Shown: positions 26,201 through 40,400 of the stretch, one piece after another
Numbering within the stretch: the first letter of the stretch is position 1
Layout: each line of letters opens with the position of its first letter
NCBI GenBank assembly: GCA_964016885.1
Contig: OZ024742.1
Coordinates: forward strand, 222,828,001 to 222,892,000
Length of the DNA stretch: 64,000 bases
Direction of reading: 5' to 3'
Source: Eledone cirrhosa
Taxonomy: Eukaryota
Program-made: the position numbers and the translations under genes
Notes under the pieces: generated by a model
Told to the model about the DNA's origin: nothing
Seen by the model: only the letters and a program-made list of their open reading frames with translations
Database searches by the model: none

Positions 26201-29200
26201 GGTAGACATGGATGTACAGAAACTCTTCTGCTGCCCGGTAGCTATAGTGAAAGAAGCTGTATGGTAGACATGGATGTACAGAAACTCTTCTGCTGCCCGG
26301 TAGCTATAGTGAAAGAAGCTGTATGGTAGACATGGATGTACAGAAACTCTTCTTCTGCCCGGTAGCTATAGTGAAAGAAGCTGTATGGTAGACATGGATG
26401 TACAGAAACTCTTCCTCTGCCTGGTAGCTATAGTGAAAGAAGCTGTATGGTAGACATGGATGTACAGAAACTCTTCTTCTGCCCGGTAGCTATAGTGAAA
26501 GAAGCTGTATGGTAGACATGGATGTACAGAAACTCTTCTTCTGCCCGGTAGCTATAGTGAAAGAAGCTGTATGGTAGACATGGATGTACAGAAACTCTTC
26601 CTCTGTCTGGTAGCTATAGTGAAAGAAGCTGTATGGTAGACATGGATGTACAGAAACTCTTCTGCTGCCCGGTAGCTATAGTGAAAGAAGCTGTATGGTA
26701 GACATGGATGTACAGAAACTCTTCTTCTGCCCGGTAGCTATAGTGAAAGAAGCTGTATGGTAGACATGGATGTACAGAAACTCTTCCTCTGCCTGGTAGC
26801 TATAGTGAAAGAAGCTGTATGGTAGACATGGATGTACAGAAACTCTTCCTCTGCCTGGTAGCTATAGTGAAAGAAGCTTTATGGTAGACATGGATGTACA
26901 GAAACTCTTCCTCTGCCTGGTAGCTATAGTGAAAGAAGCTTTATGGTAGACATGGATGTACAGAAACTCTTCCTCTGCCCGGTAGCTATAGTGAAAGAAG
27001 CTGTATGGTAGACATGGATGTACAGGAACTCTTCTGCCCGGTAGCTATAGTGAAAGAAGCTGTATGGTAGACATGGATGTACAGAAAGTCTTCCTCCGCC
27101 TGGTAGCTATAGTGAAAGAAGCTGTATGGTAGACATGGATGTACAGAAACTCTTCCTCTGTCTGGTAGCTATAGTGAAAGAAGCTGTATGGTAGACATGG
27201 ATGTACAGAAACTCTTCCTCTGCCTGGTAGCTATAGTTAAAGAAGCTGTATGGTAGACATGGATGTACAGAAACTCTTCCTCTGCCTGGTAGCTATAGTG
27301 AAAGAAGCTTTATGGTAGACATGGATGTACAGAAACTCTTCCTCTGTCTGGTAGCTATAGTGAAAGAAGCTGTATGGTAGACATGGATGTACAGAAACTC
27401 TTCTGCTGCCTGGTAGCTATAGTGAAAGAAGCTGTATGGTAGACATGGATGTACAGAAACTCTTCCTCTGCCTGGTAGCTATAGTGAAAGAAGCTTTATG
27501 GTAGACATGGATGTACAGAAACTCTTCCTCTGCCTGGTAGCTATAGTGAAAGAAGCTTTATGGTAGACATGGATGTACAGAAACTCTTCCTCTGCCCGGT
27601 AGCTATAGTGAAAGAAGCTGTATGGTAGACATGGATGTACAGGAACTCTTCTGCCCGGTAGCTATAGTGAAAGAAGCTGTATGGTAGACATGGATGTACA
27701 GAAAGTCTTCCTCCGCCTGGTAGCTATAGTGAAAGAAGCTGTATGGTAGACATGGATGTACAGAAACTCTTCCTCTGTCTGGTAGCTATAGTGAAAGAAG
27801 CTGTATGGTAGACATGGATGTACAGAAACTCTTCCTCTGCCTGGTAGCTATAGTTAAAGAAGCTGTATGGTAGACATGGATGTACAGAAACTCTTCCTCT
27901 GCCTGGTAGCTATAGTGAAAGAAGCTGTATGGTAGACATGGATGTACAGAAACTCTTCCTCTACCTGGTAGCTATAGTGAAAGAAGCTTTATGGTAGACA
28001 TGGATGTACAGAAACTCTTCCTCTGTCTGGTAGCTATAGTGAAAGAAGCTGTATGGTAGACATGGATGTACAGAAACTCTTCTTCTGCCCGGTAGCTATA
28101 GTGAAAGAAGCTGTATGGTAGACATGGATGTACAGAAACTCTTCCTCTGTCTGGTAGCTATAGTGAAAGAAGCTGTATGGTAGACATGGATGTACAGAAA
28201 CTCTTCTGCTGCCTGGTAGCTATAGTGAAAGAAGCTGTATGGTAGACATGGATGTACAGAAACTCTTCTTCTGCCTGGCAGCTATAGTGAAAGAAGCTGT
28301 ATGGTAGACATGGATGTACAGAAACTCTTCCTCTGCCTGGTAGCTATAGTGAAAGAAGCTTTATGGTAGACATGGATGTACAGAAACTCTTCCTCTGCCT
28401 GGTAGCTATAGTGAAAGAAGCTTTATGGTAGACATGGATGTACAGAAACTCTTCCTCTGCCCGGTAGCTATAGTGAAAGAAGCTGTATGGTAGACATGGA
28501 TGTACAGGAACTCTTCTGCCCGGTAGCTATAGTGAAAGAAGCTGTATGGTAGACATGGATGTACAGAAAGTCTTCCTCTGCCTGGTAGCTATAGTGAAAG
28601 AAGCTGTATGGTAGACATGGATGTACAGAAACTCTTCCTCTGTCTGGTAGCTATAGTGAAAGAAGCTGTATGGTAGACATGGATGTACAGAAACTCTTCT
28701 TCTGCCTGGTAGCTATAGTGAAAGAAGCTGTATGGTAGACATGGATGTACAGAAACTCTTCCTCTGCCTGGTAGCTATAGTGAAAGAAGCTGTATGGTAG
28801 ACATGGATGTACAGAAACTCTTCCTCTGCCTGGTAGCTATAGTGAAAGAAGCTGTATGGTAGACATGGATGTACAGAAACTCTTCCTCTGCCTGGTAGCT
28901 ATAGTGAAAGAAGCTGTATGGTAGACATGGATGTACAGAAACTCTTCCTCTGCCTGGTAGCTATAGTGAAAGAAGCTGTATGGTAGACATGAATGTACAG
29001 AAACTCTTCTTCTGTCTGGTAGCTATAGTGAAAGAAGCTGTATGGTAGACATGGATGTACAGAAAGTCTTCCTCTGCCTGGTAGCTATAGTGAAAGAAGC
29101 TGTATGGTAGACATGGATGTACAGAAACTCTTCCTCTGTCTGGTAGCTATAGTGAAAGAAGCTGTATGGTAGACATGGATGTACAGAAACTCTTCCTCTG

Positions 29201-32200
29201 CCTGGTAGCTATAGTGAAAGAAGCTGTATGGTAGACATGGATGTACAGAAACTCTTCTGCCTGGTAGCTATAGTGAAAGAAGCTTTATGGTAGACATGGA
29301 TGTACAGAAACTCTTCCTCTGTCTGGTAGCTATAGTGAAAGAAGCTGTATGGTAGACATGGATGTACAGAAACTCTTCTGCCTGGTAGCTATAGTGAAAG
29401 AAGCTGTATGGTAGACATGGATGTACAGAAAGTCTTCCTCTGCCTGGTAGCTATAGTGAAAGAAGCTGTATGGTAGACATGGATGTACAGAAACTCTTCC
29501 TCTGTCTGGTAGCTATAGTGAAAGAAGCTGTATGGTAGACATGGATGTACAGAAACTCTTCCTCTGCCTGGTAGCTATAGTGAAAGAAGCTTTATGGTAG
29601 ACATGGATGTACAGAAACTCTTCCTCTGTCTGGTAGCTATAGTGAAAGAAGCTGTATGGTAGACATGGATGTACAGAAACTCTTCTTCTGCCCGGTAGCT
29701 ATAGTGAAAGAAGCTGTATGGTAGACATGGATGTACAGAAACTCTTCCTCTGTCTGGTAGCTATAGTGAAAGAAGCTGTATGGTAGACATGGATGTACAG
29801 AAACTCTTCTTCTGCCCGGTAGCTATAGTGAAAGAAGCTGTATGGTAGACATGGATGTACAGAAACTCTTCCTCTGCCTGGTAGCTATAGTGAAAGAAGC
29901 TGTATGGTAGACATGGATGTACAGAAACTCTTCTTCTGCCCGGTAGCTATAGTGAAAGAAGCTGTATGGTAGACATGGATGTACAGAAACTTTTCCTCTG
30001 CCTGGTAGCTATAGTGAAAGAAGCTGTATGGTAGACATGGATGTACAGAAACTCTTCTTCTGCCTGGTGGCTATAGTGAAAGAAACTTTATGGTAGACAT
30101 GGATGTACAGAAACTCTTCCTCTGTCTGGTAGCTATAGTGAAAGAAGCTGTATGGTAGACATGGATGTACAGAAACTCTTCTTCTGCCCGGTAGCTATAG
30201 TGAAAGAAACTTTATGGTAGACATGGATGTACAGAAACTCTTCCTCTGTCTGGTAGCTATAGTGAAAGAAGCTGTATGGTAGACATGGATGTACAGAAAC
30301 TTTTCCTCTGCCTGGTAGCTATAGTGAAAGAAGCTGTATGGTAGACATGGATGTACAGAAACTCTTCCTCTGCCTGGTAGCTATAGTGAAAGAAGCTGTA
30401 TGGTAGACATGGATGTACAGAAACTCTTCCTCTGCCTGGTAGCTATAGTGAAAGAAGCTGTATGGTAGACATGGATGTACAGAAACTCTTCCTCTGCCTG
30501 GTAGCTATAGTGAAAGAAGCTGTATGGTAGACATGAATGTACAGAAACTCTTCCTCTGTCTGGTAGCTATAGTGAAAGAAGCTGTATGGTAGACATGGAT
30601 GTACAGAAACTCTTCTGCTGCCTGGTAGCTATAGTGAAAGAAGCTGTATGGTAGACATGGATGTACAGAATCTCTTCTTCTGCCCGGTAGCTATAGTGAA
30701 AGAAGCTGTATGGTAGACATGGATGTACAGAAACTCTTCTTCTGTCTGGTAACTATAGTGAAAGAAGCTGTATGGTAGACATGGATGTACAGAAACTCTT
30801 CCTCTGCCTGGTAACTATAGTGAAAGAAGCTGTATGGTAGACATGGATGTACAGAAACTCTTCCTCCGCCTGGTAGCTATAGTGAAAGAAGCTTTATGGT
30901 AGACATGGATGTACAGAAACTCTTCCTCTGCCTGGTAGCTATAGTGAAAGAAGCTTTTTGGTAGACATGGATGTACAGAAACTCTTCCTCTGTCTGGTAG
31001 CTATAGTGAAAGAAGCTGTATGGTAGACATGGATGTACAGAAACTCTTCTTCTGCCCGGTAGCTATAGTGAAAGAAGCTGTATGGTAGACATGGATGTAC
31101 AGAAACTCTTCCTCTGTCTGGTAGCTATAGTGAAAGAAGCTGTATGGTAGACATGGATGTACAGAAACTCTTCTGCTGCCTGGTAGCTATAGTGAAAGAA
31201 GCTGTATGGTAGACATGGATGTACAGAAACTCTTCCTCTGCCTGGTAGCTATAGTGAAAGAAGCTTTATGGTAGACATGGATGTATAGAAACTCTTCCTC
31301 TGCCTGGTAGCTATAGTGAAAGAAGCTTTATGGTAGACATGGATGTACAGAAACTCTTCCTCTGCCCGGTAGCTATAGTGAAAGAAGCTGTATGGTAGAC
31401 ATGGATGTACAGAAACTCTTCCTCTGCCTGGTAGCTATAGTGAAAGAAGCTTTATGGTAGACATGGATGTATAGAAACTCTTCCTCTGCCAGGTAGCTAT
31501 AGTGAAAGAAGCTTTATGGTAGACATGGATGTACAGAAACTCTTCCTCTGCCCGGTAGCTATAGTGAAAGAAGCTGTATGGTAGACATGGATGTACAGGA
31601 ACTCTTCTGCCCGGTAGCTATAGTGAAAGAAGCTGTATGGTAGACATGGATGTACAGAAAGTCTTCCTCTGCCTGGTAGCTATAGTGAAAGAAGCTGTAT
31701 GGTAGACATGGATGTACAGAAACTCTTCCTCTGTCTGGTAGCTATAGTGAAAGAAGCTGTATGGTAGACATGGATGTACAGAAACTCTTCCTCTGCCTGG
31801 TAGCTATAGTGAAAGAAGCTGTATGGTAGACATGGATGTACAGAAACTCTTCTTCTGCCTGGTAGCTATAGTGAAAGAAGCTGTATGGTAGACATGGATG
31901 TACAGAAAGTCTTCCTCTGCCTGGTAGCTATAGTGAAAGAAGCTGTATGGTAGACATGGATGTACAGAAACTCTTCCTCTGTCTGGTAGCTATAGTGAAA
32001 GAAGCTGTATGGTAGACATGGATGTACAGAAACTCTTCCTCTGTCTGGTAGCTATAGTGAAAGAAGCTGTATGGTAGACATGGATGTACAGAAACTCTTC
32101 CTCTGCCTGGTAGCTATAGTGAAAGAAGCTGTATGGTAGACATGGATGTACAGAAACTCTTCCTCTGCCTGGTAGCTATAGTGAAAGAAGCTTTATGGTA

Positions 32201-34400
32201 GACATGGATGTACAGAAACTCTTCCTCTGTCTGGTAGCTATAGTGAAAGAAGCTGTATGGTAGACATGGATGTACAGAAACTCTTCTTCTGCCCGGTAGC
32301 TATAGTGAAAGAAGCTGTATGGTAGACATGGATGTACAGAAACTCTTCCTCTGCCTGGTAGCTATAGTGAAAGAAGCTTTATGGTAGACATGGATGTACA
32401 GAAACTCTTCCTCTGCCTGGTAGCTATAGTGAAAGAAGCTTTATGGTAGACATGGATGTACAGAAACTCTTCCTCTGCCCGGTAGCTATAGTGAAAGAAG
32501 CTGTATGGTAGACATGGATGTACAGAAACTCTTCCTCTGCCTGGTAGCTATAGTGAAAGAAGCTTTATGGTAGACATGGATGTACAGAAACTCTTCCTCT
32601 GTCTGGTAGCTATAGTGAAAGAAGCTGTATGGTAGACATGGATGTACAGAAACTCTTCTTCTGCCCGGTAGCTATAGTGAAAGAAGCTGTATGGTAGACA
32701 TGGATGTACAGAAACTCTTCCTCTGCCCGGTAGCTATAGTTAAAGAAGCTGTATGGTAGACATGGATGTACAGAAACTCTTCTTCTGCCCGGTAGCTATA
32801 GTGAAAGAAGCTGTATGGTAGACATGGATGTACAGAAACTCTTCTTCTGCCCGGTAGCTATAGTGAAAGAAGCTGTATGGTAGACATGGATGTACAGAAA
32901 CTCTTCTTCTGCCCGGTAGCTATAGTGAAAGAAGCTGTATGGTAGACATGGATGTACAGAAACTCTTCCTCTGCCTGGTAGCTATAGTCAAAGAAGCTGT
33001 ATGGTAGACATGGATGTACAGAAACTATTCTTCTGCCCGGTAGCTATAGTGAAAGAAGCTTTATGGTAGACATGGATGTACAGAAACTCTTCTTCTGCCC
33101 GGTAGCTATAGTGAAAGAAGCTTTATGGTAGACATGGATGTACAGAAACTCTTCTTCTGCCCGGTAGCTATAGTGAAAGAAGCTGTATGGTAGACATGGA
33201 TGTACAGAAACTCTTCCTCTGTCTGGTAGCTATAGTGAAAGAAGCTGTATGGTAGACATGGATGTACAGAAACTCTTCTGCTGCCTGGTAGCTATAGTGA
33301 AAGAAGCTGTATGGTAGACATGGATGTACAGAAACTCTTCTTCTGCCCGGTAGCTATAGTGAAAGAAGCTGTATGGTAGACATGGATGTACAGAAACTAT
33401 TCTTCTGCCCGGTAGCTATAGTGAAAGAAGCTGTATGGTAGACATGGATGTACAGAAACTCTTCCTCTGCCTGGTAGCTATAGTGAAAGAAGCTGTATGG
33501 TAGACATGGATGTACAGAAACTCTTCCTCTGTCCGGTAGCTATAGTGAAAGAAGCTGTATGGTAGACATGGATGTACAGAAACTCTTCCTCTGCCTGGTA
33601 GCTATAGTGAAAGAAGCTGTATGGTAGACATGGATGTACAGAAACTCTTCCTCTGCCTGGTAGCTATAGTGAAAGAAGCTGTATGGTAGACATGGATGTA
33701 CAGAAACTCTTCCTCTGCCTGGTAGCTATAGTGAAAGAAGCTGTATGGTAGACATGGATGTACAGAAACTCTTCCTCTGCCTGGTAGCTATAGTGAAAGA
33801 AGCTGTATGGTAGACATGGATGTACAGAAACTCTTCTTCTGCCTGGTAGCTATAGTGAAAGAAGCTGTATGGTAGACATGGATGTACAGAAACTATTCTT
33901 CTGCCCGGTAGCTATAGTGAAAGAAGCTGTATGGTAGACATGGATGTACAGAAACTCTTCCTCTGCCTGGTAGCTATAGTGAAAGAAGCTGTATGGTAGA
34001 CATGGATGTACAGAAACTCTTCCTCTGTCCGGTAGCTATAGTGAAAGAAGCTGTATGGTAGACATGGATGTACAGAAACTCTTCCTCTGCCTGGTAGCTA
34101 TAGTGAAAGAAGCTGTATGGTAGACATGGATGTACAGAAACTCTTCCTCTGCCTGGTAGCTATAGTGAAAGAAGCTGTATGGTAGACATGGATGTACAGA
34201 AACTCTTCCTCTGCCTGGTAGCTATAGTGAAAGAAGCTGTATGGTAGACATGGATGTACAGAAACTCTTCCTCTGCCTGGTAGCTATAGTGAAAGAAGCT
34301 GTATGGTAGACATGAATGTACAGAAACTCTTCTTCTGTCTGGTAGCTATAGTGAAAGAAGCTGTATGGTAGACATGGATGTACAGAAACTCTTCTTCTGC
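20300..34400. repeat. Central sub-domain of the array with a distinct monomer-variant spectrum
   Basis: Lacks the flank markers AAATTCTTCG (last ~19722, next ~35071), CTCATCC (~19605 then ~34764), CATAGATG (~20020 then ~35306) and GATATGG (~20265 then ~36229). Carries largely private variants CCTCCGCC, CTCTACCT, ACTTTTCC, GAAACTTTA, ACTATTC and TGTATAGA. Confidence 0.82.
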
Positions 34401-37400
34401 CTGGTGGCTATAGTGAAAGAAGCTGTATGGTAGACATGGATGTACAGAAAGTCTTCCTCTGCCTGGTAGCTATAGTGAAAGAAGCTGTATGGTAGACATG
34501 AATGTACAGAAACTCTTCTTCTGTTTGGTAGCTATAGGGAAAGAAGCTGTATGGTAGACATGGATGTACAGAAACTCTTCTTCTGTCTGGTAGCTATAGT
34601 TAAAGAAGCTGTATGGTAGACATGGATGTACAGAAACTCTTCCTCTGTCTGGTAGCTATAGTGAAAGAAGCTGTATGGTAGACATGAATGTACAGAAACT
34701 CTTCTTCTGTTTGGTAGCTATAGTGAAAGAAGCTATATGGTAGACATGGATGTACAGAAACTCATCCTCTGCCTGGTAGCTATAGTGAAAGAAGCTTTAT
34801 GGTAGACATGGATGTACAGAAACTCATCCTCTGTCTGGTAGCTATAGTGAAAGAAGCTGTATGGTAGACATGGATGTACAGAAACTCTTCTTCTGCCTGG
34901 TAGCTATAGTGAAAGAAGCTGTATGGTAGAGATGAATGTACAGAAACTCTTCTTCTGTTTGGTAGCTATAGTGAAAGAAGCTGTATGGTAGAGATGAATG
35001 TACAGAAACTCTTCTTCTGTCTGGTAGCTATAGTGAAAGAAGCTGTATGGTAGACATGGATGTACAGAAATTCTTCGTCTGCCTGGTAGCTATAGTGAAA
35101 GAAGCTGTATGGTAGACATGAATGTACAGAAACTCTTCTTCTGTTTGGTAGCTATAGGGAAAGAAGCTGTATGGTAGACATGGATGTACAGAAACTCCTC
35201 TTCTGCCTGGTAGCTATAGTGAAAGAAGCTTTATGGTAGACATGGATGTACAGAAACTCTTCCTCTGCCTGGTAGCTATAGTGAAAGAAGCTGTATGGTA
35301 GACATAGATGTACAGAAACTCTTCTTCTGCCTGGTAGCTATAGTGAAAGAAGCTGTATGGTAGACATGGATGTACAGAAATTCTTCGTCTGCCTGGTAGC
35401 TATAGTGAAAGAAGCTGTATGGTAGACATGGATGTACAGAAACTCTTCCTCTGCCTGGTAGCTATAGTGAAAGAAGCTGTATGGTAGACATGGATGTACA
35501 GAAACTCTTCTGCTGCCTGGTAGCTATAGTGAAAGAAGCTGTATGGTAGACATGGATGTACAGAAACTCTTCCTCTGCCTGGTAGCTATAGTGAAAGAAG
35601 CTTTATGGTAGACATGGATGTACAGAAACTCTTCCTCTGCCTGGTAGCTATAGTGAAAGAAGCTGTATGGTAGACATGGATGTACAGAAACTCTTCCTCT
35701 GCCTGGTAGCTATAGTGAAAGAAGCTGTATGGTAGACATGGATGTACAGAAACTCTTCCTCTGTCTGGTAGCTATAGTGAAAGAAGCTGTATGGTAGACA
35801 TGGATGTACAGAAACTCTTCTTCTGCCCGGTAGCTATAGTGAAAGAAGCTGTATGGTAGACATAGATGTACAGAAACTCTTCTTCTGCCTGGTAGCTATA
35901 GTGAAAGAAGCTGTATGGTAGACATGGATGTACAGAAACTCTTCCTCTGCCTGGTAGCTATAGTGAAAGAAGCTGTATGGTAGACATGGATGTACAGAAA
36001 CTCTTCTTCTGTCTGGTAGCTATAGTCAAAGAAGCTGTATGGTAGACATGGATGTACAGAAACTCATCCTCTGCCTGGTAGCTATAGTGAAAGAAGCTGT
36101 ATGGTAGACATAGATGTACAGAAACTCTTCTGCCTGGTAGCTATAGTGAAAGAAGCTGTATGGTAGACATGGATGTACAGAAATTCTTCGTCTGCCTGGT
36201 AGCTATAGTGAAAGAAGCTGTATGGTAGATATGGATGTACAGAAACTCTTCTGCCTGGTAGCTATAGTGAAAGAAGCTGTATGGTAGACATGGATGTACA
36301 GAAACTCTTCCTCTGCCAGGTAGCTATAGTGAAAGAAGCTGTATGGTAGACATGGATGTACAGAAATTCTTCGTCTGCCTGGTAGCTATAGTGAAAGAAG
36401 CTGTATGGTAGACATGAATGTACAGAAACTCTTCTTCTGTCTGGTAGCTATAGTGAAAGAAGCTGTATGGTAGATATGGATGTACAGAAACTCTTCCTCT
36501 GCCTGGTAGCTATAGTGAAAGAAGCTGTATGGTAGACATGGATGTACAGAAACTCTTCCTCTGTCTGGTAGCTATAGTGAAAGAAGCTGTATGGTAGACA
36601 TGGATGTACAGAAACTCTTCCTCTATCTGGTAGCTATAGTGAAAGAAGCTGTATGGTAGACATAGATGTACAGAAACTCTTCCTCTGTCTGGTAGCTATA
36701 GTGAAAGAAGCTGTATGGTAGACATGGATGTACAGAAACTCTTCCTCTGTCTGGTAGCTATAGTGAAAGAAGCTGTATGGTAGACATAGATGTACAGAAA
36801 CTCTTCCTCTGTCTGGTAGCTATAGTGAAAGAAGCTGTATGGTAGACATGGATGTACAGAAACTCTTCCTCTATCTGGTAGCTATAGTGAAAGAAGCTGT
36901 ATGGTAGACATGGATGTACAGAAACTCTTCTTCTGCCTGGTAGCTATAGTGAAAGAAGCTGTATGGTAGACATGGATGTACAGAAACTCTTCTTCTGCCC
37001 GGTAGCTATAGTGAAAGAAGCTGTATGGTAGACATAGATGTACAGAAACTCTTCTTCTGCCTGGTAGCTATAGTGAAAGAAGCTGTATGGTAGACATGGA
37101 TGTACAGAAACTCTTCCTCTGCCTGGTAGCTATAGTGAAAGAAGCTGTATGGTAGACATGGATGTACAGAAACTCTTCTTCTGTCTGGTAGCTATAGTCA
37201 AAGAAGCTGTATGGTAGACATGGATGTACAGAAACTCTTCCTCTGCCTGGTAACTATAGTGAAAGAAGCTGTATGGTAGACATGAATGTACAGAAACTCT
37301 TCTTCTGTCTGGTAGCTATAGTGAAAGAAGCTGTATGGTAGATATGGATGTACAGAAAGTCTTCCTCTGCCTGGTAGCTATAGTGAAAGAAGCTGTATGG

Positions 37401-40400
37401 TAGACATGGATGTACAGAAACTCTTCCTCTGTCTGGTAGCTATAGTGAAAGAAGCTGTATGGTAGACATGGATGTACAGAAACTCTTCCTCTGCCTGGTA
37501 GCTATAGTGAAAGAAGCTGTATGGTAGACATGGATGTACACAAACTCTTCCTCTGCCTGGTAGCTATAGTGAAAGAAGCTGTATGGTAGACATGAACGTA
37601 CAGAAACTCTTCTTCTGTCTAGTAGCTATAGTGAAAGAAGCTGTATGGTAGACATAGATGTACAGAAACTCTTCTTCTGCCTGGTAGCTATAGTGAAAGA
37701 AGCTGTATGGTAGACATGGATGTACAGAAACTCTTCCTCTGCCTGGTAGCTATAGTGAAAGAAGCTGTATGGTAGACATGGATGTACAGAAACTCTTCTT
37801 CTGCCTGGTAGCTATAGTGAAAGAAGCTGTATGGTAGACATGGATGTACAGAAACTCTTCTGTCTGGTAGCTATAGTGAAAGAAGCTGTATGGTAGACAT
37901 GGATGTACAGAAACTCTTCCTCTGTCTGGTAGCTATAGTGAAAGAAGCTGTATGGTAGACATGGATGTACAGAAACTCTTCTTCTGCCTGGTAGCTATAG
38001 TGAAAGAAGCTGTATGGTAGACATGGATATACAGAAACTCTTCTTCTGCCCGGTAGCTATAGTGAAAGAAGCTGTATGGTAGACATGGATGTACAGGAAC
38101 TCTTCTGCCCGGTAGCTATAGTGAAAGAAGCTGTATGGTAGACATGGATGTACAGAAAGTCTTCCTCTGCCTGGTAGCTATAGTGAAAGAAGCTGTATGG
38201 TAGACATGGATGTACAGAAACTCTTCCTCTGTCTGGTAGCTATAGTGAAAGAAGCTGTATGGTAGACATGTATGTACAGAAACTCTTCCTCTGCCTGGTA
38301 GCTATAGTGAAAGAAGCTGTATGGTAGACATGGATGTACAGAAACTCTTCTTCTGCCCGGTAGCTATAGTGAAAGAAGCTGTATGGTAGACATGGATGTA
38401 CAGAAACTCTTCCTCTGTCTGGTAGCTATAGTGAAAGAAGCTGTATGGTAGACATGGATGTACAGAAACTCTTCTTCTGCCCGGTAGCTATAGTGAAAGA
38501 AGCTGTATGGTAGACATAGATGTACAGAAACTCTTCTTCTGCCTGGTAGCTATAGTGAAAGAAGCTGTATGGTAGACATGGATGTACAGAAACTCTTCCT
38601 CTGCCTGGTAGCTATAGTGAAAGAAGCTGTATGGTAGACATGGATGTACAGAAACTCTTCTTCTGTCTGGTAGCTATAGTGAAAGAAGCTGTATGGTAGA
38701 CATGGATGTACAGAAACTCATCCTCTGCCTGGTAGCTATAGTGAAAGAAGCTGTATGGTAGACATAGATGTACAGAAACTCTTCTGCCTGGTAGCTATAG
38801 TGAAAGAAGCTGTATGGTAGACATGGATGTACAGAAATTCTTCGTCTGCCTGGTAGCTATAGTGAAAGAAGCTGTATGGTAGACATGAATGTACAGAAAC
38901 TCTTCTTCTGTCTGGTAGCTATAGTGAAAGAAGCTGTATGGTAGATATGGATGTACAGAAACTCTTCCTCTGCCTGGTAGCTATAGTGAAAGAAGCTGTA
39001 TGGTAGACATGGATGTACAGAAACTCTTCCTCTGTCTGGTAGCTATAGTGAAAGAAGCTGTATGGTAGACATGGATGTACAGAAACTCTTTCTCTGCCTG
39101 GTAGCTATAGTGAAAGAAGCTTTATGGTAGACATGGATGTACAGAAACTCTTCCTCTGCCTGGTAGCTATAGTGAAAGAAGCTGTATGGTAGACATGGAT
39201 GTACAGAAACTCTTCCTCTGCCTGGTAGCTATAGTGAAAGAAGCTGTATGGTAGACATGAATGTACAGAAACTCTTCTTCTGTTTGGTAGCTATAGTGAA
39301 AGAAGCTGTATGGTAGACATGGATGTACAGAACGTCTTCTTCTGTCTGGTAGCTATAGTCAAAGAAGCTGTATGGTAGACATGGATGTACAGAAACTCAT
39401 CCTCTGCCTGGTAGCTATAGTGAAAGAAGCTGTATGGTAGACATAGATGTACAGAAACTCTTCTGCCTGGTAGCTATAGTGAAAGAAGCTGTATGGTAGA
39501 CATGGATGTACAGAAATTCTTCGTCTGCCTGGTAGCTATAGTGAAAGAAGCTGTATGGTAGACATGAATGTACAGAAACTCTTCTTCTGTTTGGTAGCTA
39601 TAGTTAAAGAAGCTGTATGGTAGACATGGATGTACAGAAACTCTTCTTCTGCCTGGTAGCTATAGTGAAAGAAGCTTTATGGTAGACATGGATGTACAGA
39701 AACTCTTCCTCTGCCTGGTAGCTATAGTGAAAGAAGCTGTATGGTAGACATGGATGTACAGAAACTCTTCTTCTGCCTGGTAGCTATAGTGAAAGAAGCT
39801 GTATGGTAGACATAGATGTACAGAAACTCTTCTTCTGCCTGGTAGCTATAGTGAAAGAAGCTGTATGGTAGACATGGATGTACAGAAATTCTTCGTCTGC
39901 CTGGTAGCTATAGTGAAAGAAGCTGTATGGTAGACATGGATGTACAGAAACTCTTCCTCTGCCTGGTAGCTATAGTGAAAGAATCTGTATGGTAGACATG
40001 GATGTACAGAAACTCTTCCTCTGCCTGGTAGCTATAGTGAAAGAAGCTTTATGGTAGACATGGATGTACAGAAACTCTTCCTCTGCCTGGTAGCTATAGT
40101 GAAAGAAGCTGTATGGTAGACATGGATGTACAGAAACTCTTCCTCTATCTGGTAGCTATAGTGAAAGAAGCTGTATGGTAGACATGGATGTACAGAAACT
40201 CTTCTTCTGCCTGGTAGCTATAGTGAAAGAAGCTGTATGGTAGACATGGATGTACAGAAACTCTTCCTCTATCTGGTAGCTATAGTGAAAGAAGCTGTAT
40301 GGTAGACATGGATGTACAGAAACTCTTCTGTCTGGTAGCTATAGTGAAAGAAGCTGTATGGTAGACATGGATGTACAGAAACTCTTCTTCTGCCCGGTAG

